From an uncultured Pseudomonadales bacterium (GTDB lineage Bacteria; Patescibacteriota; Microgenomatia; UBA1400; PJMF01): 64,000 bases of DNA. The stretch covers positions 6,202 to 70,201 of the forward strand of contig CAZPQG010000001.1 in the NCBI GenBank assembly GCA_964588685.1, read 5' to 3'. Below, one piece after another: positions 57,562 to 64,000 of the stretch. The notes beneath the pieces are model-generated. The model had not been told where the DNA came from. It did not search any database and saw only the letters and a program-made list of their open reading frames with translations. The translations under genes were made by a program, and so were the position numbers. The stretch's first letter is position 1. Each line of letters starts with the position of its first letter.

Positions 57562-58272
57562 TTAATAAAATTGTTCATGATAAATACGCTGAGGAGGAAC
57601 GTCTTTTTGTAATAATACTTCTTTAGTATCATTAACCATGGCTCGACAGCCGCACAAATAAAAATCGGCTTGAGATGGTAATTCATGTATTTGTAAACAG
57701 TTAGTTACCCTGCCCCTGCACAAAGGCCATTTAGGTTCCGGTCTTGACAAAGTTGGATGAAATTGAAAATTTGAGAATCGTTTTGACCAGTGTGTAAATT
57801 CATCCTGCCAAATTAATTGTTTAGCGTACCGCAGTCCCCAAAAAAGAGTAACAGATTGAGCGAAATCTTTATTTTTTAATTGATCTACTACCATGCTGTG
57901 CAAAGGAGCTATTCCCGAACCGGTTCCAACTAAAACAATAGCTTTGCCATTGGTATCTGAATTGATAGTAAAATTTCCCAATGGAGCTAAAAATTTAATC
58001 TCATCGCCAAACTTTAAACTTTGCAAATAAGATACTCCTAAACCTTGAGGGGTTACATCCAACAAAATCTCAATGCCGTGATTAATATCCGGATCGCTGC
58101 AGATTGAATAAGCTCGATGCAGACCTGAATCGTTAATTAACAAAGAGATGTATTGGCCGGCTTTAAAATTTAAAGTATGAGGTTTTTTTAATTCAAAATG
58201 ATAATGTTCAAATTTTTGATTATAAATTTTTTTATTTTCGAAAATTGCTGTGTATTCTTGAATTTTTTGCAT
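57562..58272 (-). CDS. FNR-like FAD/NAD(P)-binding oxidoreductase (ferredoxin-NADP reductase/PyrK family) with C-terminal Cys cluster
   Basis: RAYSI (RxYS FAD-binding), GTGSGIAP (NAD-binding), C-terminal C..C…C.C. Confidence 0.65.
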   Translation of the reverse strand: MQKIQEYTAIFENKKIYNQKFEHYHFELKKPHTLNFKAGQYISLLINDSGLHRAYSICSDPDINHGIEILLDVTPQGLGVSYLQSLKFGDEIKFLAPLGNFTINSDTNGKAIVLVGTGSGIAPLHSMVVDQLKNKDFAQSVTLFWGLRYAKQLIWQDEFTHWSKRFSNFQFHPTLSRPEPKWPLCRGRVTNCLQIHELPSQADFYLCGCRAMVNDTKEVLLQKDVPPQRIYHEQFY

Positions 58273-58291
58273 AGCGCAGCGTTGAAGCTTT

Positions 58292-58329
58292 TAATTACCA
58301 CTTATTCTATTAATTACCACTTATTCTAT
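58292..58329. repeat. perfect 2 x 19-bp tandem direct repeat taattaccacttattctat
   Basis: Read directly; 20-57 nt upstream of the FNR-like gene start codon. Confidence 0.7.
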
Positions 58330-58421
58330 TACATTAAAAATCATATTATAAAAATTAATCATTTAAAGCTGAAAACTATTAATGCGGCCACCATTTTTAA
58401 ATCCTCAATCCACTTTTTTGT

Positions 58422-59012
58422 TTAACTAGAATTTTTAATTAAATCTACTTGCCAGTTTCTACCATACCATAAACCCAAAGCTAGTTTAGCAATAGCAGCA
58501 TATTCTTCAGTTCGATCAACAAAATTTTTAGTCACCACTCCAATTAAACCTTCTCTAGTCTTCAAACCCGGTTGATTAAGATAATCAGCAATAATAGGAC
58601 CCATTTCTCCTCCATTCAAAATTTCTTGAGCCACTAGCGCCGGCACTTTAATCCTAGCGCCATTGCTGAAATAAATTTGCTCATCCTGATCAATAACTGC
58701 ACCCCAAACAGTAGTCCACATTTGATCGTTGTTATCAATTAAAACTCCGCCTTCCAATCCCATGCCTAAAATCTGCTGCTGGCTGCTGTCCATTTTATTT
58801 TTGATCCTTTTGTTAAACTTGCCTGCCCTTGTTAAGACTTTTTTAGCTCGATTCATTGCGCCTTGTTTTGTTTCCTCATCACTCATTGGCTGCTCCTTTA
58901 CTCCACTATCTACAGCAAAACCTTGCACTTGCACCTCCGGCCATGTTTCTGAGGCAGCAATAGTGGCAGCATTAACTTTTACCGGATTAGTTGAACCAAC
59001 TAAAATAATCAT
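58422..59012 (-). CDS. YjjX family non-canonical purine NTP phosphatase (inosine/xanthosine triphosphatase)
   Basis: MIILVGSTNPVKVNAA...GFAVDSGVKEQPMSDEETKQGAMNRAKKV... parallels E. coli YjjX (…TTNPAKI…[22 protein letters not shown]…). Confidence 0.7.
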   Translation of the reverse strand: MIILVGSTNPVKVNAATIAASETWPEVQVQGFAVDSGVKEQPMSDEETKQGAMNRAKKVLTRAGKFNKRIKNKMDSSQQQILGMGLEGGVLIDNNDQMWTTVWGAVIDQDEQIYFSNGARIKVPALVAQEILNGGEMGPIIADYLNQPGLKTREGLIGVVTKNFVDRTEEYAAIAKLALGLWYGRNWQVDLIKNSS

Positions 59013-59169
59013 CTTAATTATTAATTAACAGAACTTTTATCAAAGTGTAATGAATTAGATTTAAAAAAAATTATTTTTAAAATTAACAAAAAACTATTTT
59101 ATCAAACTTAGCAAAAAAAATCTTATTGTTTAAGCTTAAACAATATTTCTTACAATATATAGGGCAAAT

Positions 59170-59742
59170 TCAGTTTAAAGCACGCCGAATAATTTTGGTT
59201 TCAAAGTCTCGGTCACTGCCTCCAAAATCATATTGCGGTACTTCATCTTTAGCAATCCAAATAAATTTGGTGTGTTCTTTAGATAAATTTACTGTTAAGG
59301 CTAACTGAGATTCAATCTGGACAGTCCAGCCACAATTAATAGAGTAAATTTGAGGTTCAGGCTCAAAATAAGTAGCAAAATAAATTAATTTTTCTTCCTC
59401 AAAAAGTTGAGGCGATAAGCTCAAGCCTGTCTCTTCTCGTATCTCCCGAGCAATATCTTGTTGATGCAAATTAATTTTAGGTTGAGCAGCGTTCTGCGGC
59501 CATTCACTATTACCACCAGGCAAATCCCATTTACTAGGCCGTGAGAAAGCATTAGCTGATCTTTTTAAAATTAGAACTTTATTTTGACTGATCACAGCCA
59601 CTTTGTGTAAAAGCTTGACGTTAGCAGTAAGCTGATGTGGGAGAGAGGTATTGGCAGCCACTGTTTGATCGTGAGCTTGGTCGTGAGGGTTGTAACTAAA
59701 ATCTAACCCTATTTTTGAAGCTAGACCATTAAATTTAAGCAT
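59170..59742 (-). CDS. NUDIX hydrolase
   Basis: Nudix box GGNSEW…REIREETGL (GX5EX7REUXEEXGU with insertion). Confidence 0.7.
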   Translation of the reverse strand: MLKFNGLASKIGLDFSYNPHDQAHDQTVAANTSLPHQLTANVKLLHKVAVISQNKVLILKRSANAFSRPSKWDLPGGNSEWPQNAAQPKINLHQQDIAREIREETGLSLSPQLFEEEKLIYFATYFEPEPQIYSINCGWTVQIESQLALTVNLSKEHTKFIWIAKDEVPQYDFGGSDRDFETKIIRRALN

Positions 59743-59889
59743 AAACTAATTTTACCACAACACGCTTTTAAAAATCACCCTGTCAAGGCTTAAATAAATT
59801 CTGAGAAGAGAATTAATAATGATTTCCAGCCACAAAAAAACTCTGCTTAAGCAAATAACAGCTTTCAGCAGAGTTTTATTTTCACAAAC

Positions 59890-60144
59890 TTATGCAGCCA
59901 AATTTAATGAATCAGTTCCGGACGATTCAACTAATGTAACACGAGTAGCCTGAAGACCTTTAGGGCCTTCTTCAACTGTGAATTCAACTTGAACTCCTTC
60001 TTGCATTTCATTGGCATCAACTCCATCAAGTTCGGTGATGTGTACGAACACATCTTTGCCACCTTCATCTGGGGTAATAAATCCATATCCTTTCTGGATA
60101 TTAAACCAGTTGATGACACCGGTTTGTCTTTGGTCGTTGTCCAT
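59890..60144 (-). CDS. csp: cold-shock protein (CspA family) with short C-terminal extension
   Basis: GVINWFNIQKGYGFITPDEGGKDVFVHI RNP motifs. Start at the second ATG (MDNDQ) with AGAGGAAA 4 nt upstream; the track's upstream ATG at 60162 is less likely. Confidence 0.85.
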   Translation of the reverse strand: MDNDQRQTGVINWFNIQKGYGFITPDEGGKDVFVHITELDGVDANEMQEGVQVEFTVEEGPKGLQATRVTLVESSGTDSLNLAA

Positions 60145-60383
60145 ATGTTTCCTCTCTGACAAGACTAATTAATAACACGAAATAGTTAAATAATATTTAA
60201 AATTCAAAAATAACAGAATAAAAAAGACGGAAATTCAAAGTAGATGAAGTTATAGTTATATTTATTTATTTGATCATTTATCGTTTGTAACTAAAGATTA
60301 TAGCAGATTGCTAATTAAAAGATAGGGGGTTCTAAAATAAAAGGGTTAATTTTAGGGAACTGGTGCTATTTTTAAAATTTAAT

Positions 60384-60974
60384 TTAAATCAATGCCATCT
60401 GTACTCCGTCGTTTTTTTTAGGAGTAAAAGTAAAGTCCACTTCGCATTCTATCAATCTGTTCCATTTATTGCGGAAATTTACCTGGCCATGTCTTAAGCC
60501 ATAATCGTAAATATCCCGCGTCACTTCAACATCCTTTAAACAATATTGCTGCAACTTTTTAAATTCTTTATTTTGATAATACTTGATAGCGTCTAAACCA
60601 TTCCCTATTTTCCCCGACCCTAAAGTTTCTTTAGCTACACTATCTAATTTAATGCGATGACCGAAACTTTCTTTAATACGATCCATTAAATCTAATGAAG
60701 GGAAAGTCTCTATTTCACCCGTATAGTAAGGGGCTAAAGCCGGTAAATCAAAGCCGCTAATGTTATAACCCACCAGAACCTGAGCTTTTTCCAACAAAGG
60801 AAATAATTCCTGCAAATCGTCTTCAAAAAAAGACTTCATTTCACCTTTATCTCCAAATTGACGGCGGATGTTAACTCCAACAAAAGAAATGCCTAGCCGA
60901 TCCGGGAAAAAACCCCCTACTTCATCAAAAGTTTTTTTAGTTTCAACATCTAAAATGGCTTGCAGCATAAACAA
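60384..60974 (-). CDS. 3'-5' exonuclease, DEDDy superfamily
   Basis: Exo I ILDVETKK, Exo II GYNISGFDLP, Exo III YCLKDVEVTRDIY. Confidence 0.6.
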   Translation of the reverse strand: MFMLQAILDVETKKTFDEVGGFFPDRLGISFVGVNIRRQFGDKGEMKSFFEDDLQELFPLLEKAQVLVGYNISGFDLPALAPYYTGEIETFPSLDLMDRIKESFGHRIKLDSVAKETLGSGKIGNGLDAIKYYQNKEFKKLQQYCLKDVEVTRDIYDYGLRHGQVNFRNKWNRLIECEVDFTFTPKKNDGVQMALI

Positions 60975-61056
60975 TAATTCTAAGAATATTTATTAATAAA
61001 TTTTATTACTAATTAAAATAAGAATAACCCAGAAGTCTCGCCCAAATAATTCAAAT

Positions 61057-61899
61057 TTAACTTTCTTCACTAATCCTCATTAACTCTATTAACCGATCTT
61101 GCAAAGTGGTGTTAAAGAAGCGAGTAATTTTTTCTAAATCAAGAGTTCCAGTTTCTAGTTTATAATTTTTAATTTCAGGATATAAAGATAGGCCCGCACA
61201 AAATCCTGCGGCTCCGTTCTCCAAACACATCCTTAATTTTTGTTTAAATTCTTCATAGTTATGATTTTCTCCCATTAAAATCCATGGTATATCCAGTTCT
61301 GCAGTTAAAGTAGCGCTGGTTAAAGGATCAGCCGGACTTTGCAAAGCTAAGAGGTCAACATTATTCCTTAATTCCTGGACAGCTCTTAGTTGTGCCTCTT
61401 GAAAAGCGTCCGGCGTTAATTCCTGATCAGAAGGCGAATAGATAATCAATTTTAATAATAAATTAATATTCAAATAATCACAATAATCATAAATTTCAGC
61501 TAATAATTTTTTCTTTCTTAGAGCATTTTTTTCTTGAGGGTGATAGGGTAATTCTAATTTGGCTAAAGTATAATTATTCCGCATTTCTTCAAGCCCATAG
61601 TTGGAGTTTAAAGCAGGCACCGCCGGTGGTTTATTTTTTTGGTGTACAGGAGTCATGCGCATTAAAATACCAGCTTTACCCGGTTTTTTAGCAACCTTAA
61701 AACTATAAACCGGATCTAATATTAAACCGGTACAATATTCAAGCCCCACAGCTCCTATTTTCTGTAAAAGTTTTTGCATTTGCGCCACATCATCAGACAG
61801 CTGCAAATCTAAGGCTAAATAATCAGCTAAAGCAGGAGCTATATCTAATTCTAAAAGACCAATTTTATGTTGCGGAGATTGAATTGCGGGCAGAGTCAT
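61057..61899 (-). CDS. hypothetical protein (possibly TIM-barrel aldolase-like)
   Basis: 280-aa ORF; no confident motif identified. Confidence 0.3.
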   Translation of the reverse strand: MTLPAIQSPQHKIGLLELDIAPALADYLALDLQLSDDVAQMQKLLQKIGAVGLEYCTGLILDPVYSFKVAKKPGKAGILMRMTPVHQKNKPPAVPALNSNYGLEEMRNNYTLAKLELPYHPQEKNALRKKKLLAEIYDYCDYLNINLLLKLIIYSPSDQELTPDAFQEAQLRAVQELRNNVDLLALQSPADPLTSATLTAELDIPWILMGENHNYEEFKQKLRMCLENGAAGFCAGLSLYPEIKNYKLETGTLDLEKITRFFNTTLQDRLIELMRISEES

Positions 61900-62035
61900 A
61901 CTAATTAGTATACAATAAATTTTTGAGCGAAAGCTTTCAACGCTTTATCTCCAGCTGGAGCGAAAGCTTGCTCCCTGTCCCGCTAAGCAGTGCAAGCTGT
62001 AGGGGATAATCAGAATAAATTTTTAGCTAAAAATT

Positions 62036-62080
62036 AAAAAACCAAAAGCAATCCATCTTAGCTGGCTGCTTTTGGTTTTA
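62036..62080 (-). terminator. intrinsic terminator downstream of pnp
   Basis: 10-bp stem accaaaagca/tgcttttggt with a 16-nt loop; on the minus strand followed by TTTTTAATTT; ~80 nt after the pnp stop. Confidence 0.6.
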
Positions 62081-62159
62081 AAACTCTTTAAATTTTACCA
62101 TTAATTTTTAATAACAGTTAAAATAAGTCTCTTTTGCTTTCTGTTATTGTTAAATTAAT

Positions 62160-64000
62160 TTATTTTCTTCTACTGCGTTTGCGCTGGTTCATTTTACGCT
62201 CTTCTTCTTTGCTGAGCATTGACAAACCAATTTTGCCGTCGTCTTTAATTTCAGCAATTCTCACTTTAATTTCATCACCCACTTTCACTAAGCTACGCGG
62301 ATCTTTAACATAGCCGATTGCCATTTGTGAAATATGAACCAAGCCTTCGCGGCCAGGTAAAAATTCAACAAAAGCACCATAGTTTTCAATTCTGGTAACA
62401 GTGCCTTCATATACTTCATCTATCTCTACCGTTTTGAGAATATTTTCAATCATTTTTTTAGCTTTATTAATGGCCATAATATCATCAGAAGCAATATTGA
62501 CGATACCCACCTCTCGTTCTTCATCTTCTTCAATATCAACTTCTGCTTCAGTCAAATTGATGATTTCTTTAATAATCTTGCCTCCGGGGCCAATCACTTC
62601 ACCGATCCGATCAGCCGGAATTTCCAACTGATGCACTTTAGGCGCAAATTGACACAATTCTTCACGAGGTTCTTCAATAGTATCAAGCATTTTTCCTAAA
62701 ATGTGAAGCCTGCCTTGTTTAGCTCTAGTTAAAGCTTGGCGCAGTAGATCAACAGTAATGCCGGTCAATTTAATATCCATTTGAATAGCGGTAATTCCAT
62801 CTTTGGTTCCGGCTACCTTAAAGTCCATATCACCCACATGATCCTCCAAGCCTTGAATATCAGACAAAATCACATAATTGTCTAAATCTTCTTGCTCGCT
62901 CATCAAGCCCATCGCAATACCTGCCACCGGTTTTTTAATTGGTACTCCGGCTGCCATTAAGGACATGCTGGAACCACAAATTGAAGCCTGGCTGGTAGAA
63001 CCATTTGATGACAAAATCTCGCTAACTACTCTAATAGTATAAGGAAATTCTTTTTGTGACGGAATCATGGGCAGCAAAGCTTTTTCAGCTAAAGCGCCGT
63101 GTCCGATTTCGCGGCGTTTGGGATACCCAAAACGTCCAGTTTCACCGGCAGCATACGGCGGCATGTTGTAGTGATGAATGTAATGGCGAACTTCTTCCCC
63201 TTCAATATCCTCAATATGCTGACCTAAAGACGGACTACCTAACGTAGTAACCGTTGCTGCTTGAGTGGCTCCGCGCTTAAACATAGCGCTGCCATGAGTG
63301 CGGGGAAAAATATCAATTTTCGTCCAAATGGGACGAATTTCATCAGGTTTTCTACCATCAGGCCGCTCTTTATCTTCTAAAATCATTCTTCGGGCCTCTT
63401 GATTCATTAACTCGTAAATAATCTCTTTAACTGCTTTCGGTTCAACTGCCGGCTCATCTTCCGTCATTACAGTTTCATTTATATGATCAGCTATTTTTTC
63501 TGCGAGCGCATCAAGGTCAAGTTCTTCTAAATGAGCTTGAGTCACTACAGCTTCATGTATTTCTTCTTCATATTTATCACTGATTGCTTGAGTAATTTTT
63601 TCTTGACGAGCTTTAGCCTCTTCAGTTAAAGAAGGCACTAAAGTGACTTTTTCTTTGCCAATTTCAGCTGCAATTTTCTTAATCTCAAGACAAATTTTTT
63701 TCAGTTCTGTTTGAGCCTGCCCTATGGCCGAAATCACTATCTCTTCATCTACTTCATCAGCAGCAGCTTCAACCATAACAACCGATTCATCGCTGCCGGA
63801 AACAACTAAATCTAAATCTAACTCTTCTTGTTTTTCCTCAGAAGGATTAATTACATACTCTTGATTTTCTTTTTGATAGCCAATCCGCAGCCCGGCCAAA
63901 GGACCATTAAAAGGAATTTCAGAAATACTTAAAGCCAATCCCGTGGCAGCTAAGGCGAGCGTGTCATGGCTGTTGACACCATCATAAGAAAAAACTGTAG
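62160..64000 (-). CDS. pnp: polyribonucleotide nucleotidyltransferase (PNPase); N-terminal ~110 aa run off the window edge
   Basis: ALSISEIPFNGPLAGLRIGY (cf. [20 protein letters not shown]); second RNase PH domain, KH and S1 domains (…GEIKVRIAEIKDDGKIGLS…). The reading frame stays open beyond position 64000. Confidence 0.9.
   Translation of the reverse strand, partial: TVFSYDGVNSHDTLALAATGLALSISEIPFNGPLAGLRIGYQKENQEYVINPSEEKQEELDLDLVVSGSDESVVMVEAAADEVDEEIVISAIGQAQTELKKICLEIKKIAAEIGKEKVTLVPSLTEEAKARQEKITQAISDKYEEEIHEAVVTQAHLEELDLDALAEKIADHINETVMTEDEPAVEPKAVKEIIYELMNQEARRMILEDKERPDGRKPDEIRPIWTKIDIFPRTHGSAMFKRGATQAATVTTLGSPSLGQHIEDIEGEEVRHYIHHYNMPPYAAGETGRFGYPKRREIGHGALAEKALLPMIPSQKEFPYTIRVVSEILSSNGSTSQASICGSSMSLMAAGVPIKKPVAGIAMGLMSEQEDLDNYVILSDIQGLEDHVGDMDFKVAGTKDGITAIQMDIKLTGITVDLLRQALTRAKQGRLHILGKMLDTIEEPREELCQFAPKVHQLEIPADRIGEVIGPGGKIIKEIINLTEAEVDIEEDEEREVGIVNIASDDIMAINKAKKMIENILKTVEIDEVYEGTVTRIENYGAFVEFLPGREGLVHISQMAIGYVKDPRSLVKVGDEIKVRIAEIKDDGKIGLSMLSKEEERKMNQRKRSRRK

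Noticed and set aside
61926-61975. Direct repeat gagcgaaagctt x2 and a GC-rich segment between the 280-aa hypothetical gene and the pnp terminator
   Set aside because: Short and isolated. It could be a small RNA or regulatory site but has no flanking promoter or terminator signature I can support.
1-64000. Alternative genetic code (UGA recoding as in Gracilibacteria/SR1)
   Set aside because: rpoB, rpoC, fusA, secY and the other long genes are full-length under the standard code with varied stop codons. There is no evidence of in-frame UGA read-through.
1-64000. CRISPR arrays, restriction-modification or other defence systems
   Set aside because: I looked for regularly spaced direct repeats and for cas/RM/toxin-like motifs and found none. 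The only tandem repeats are 2-copy promoter-region repeats.

Overview
This 64 kb window is AT-rich, gene-dense, and has no transposases, integrases or CRISPR arrays; it looks like core genome. Positions 3.7-33.5 kb hold one co-directional (minus-strand) block of RNA polymerase and ribosomal genes. Reading in minus-strand (transcription) order it runs rpoB-rpoC, rpsL-rpsG-fusA-tuf, the S10 operon (rpsJ to rpsQ), the spc operon (rplN to rplO, secY, adk, infA, rpmJ), the alpha operon (rpsM-rpsK-rpsD-rpoA-rplQ), then rplM-rpsI. rpmD (L30) is absent, and the rplKAJL/nusG/secE block normally upstream of rpoB is replaced by mltG-ruvX. Many ribosomal proteins and RpoB carry long low-complexity charged tails. 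Together with the small reduced proteins (short AlaRS, Lon-like ATPase lacking a protease domain) and the standard genetic code, this suggests, as an inference only, a Candidate Phyla Radiation/Patescibacteria-type bacterium. The rest of the window contains a partial 2-oxoacid:ferredoxin oxidoreductase alpha subunit, a VanZ-like protein, HU, a sortase with an adjacent 802-aa actin-fold/transmembrane/acidic protein inserted between alaS and ruvX-mltG, RodZ-like, YtxH-like and YqeY proteins, tRNA-Val(CAC), ComFC, an unannotated tmRNA (ssrA), a sugar-1-P nucleotidyltransferase, FtsK, RNase J, a Lon-like AAA+ ATPase lacking the protease domain followed by a polytopic membrane protein, a ribose/nucleotide salvage and house-cleaning cluster (PfkB kinase, LOG, Rpe, RpiB, FNR-like reductase, YjjX NTPase, NUDIX), Csp, a DEDDy exonuclease, and partial pnp. 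I found no clearly novel multi-gene system. The sortase/802-aa insertion and the Lon-like ATPase/membrane-protein pair are the most unusual loci. All functional calls rest on motifs read by eye from the translations; no database searches were run.
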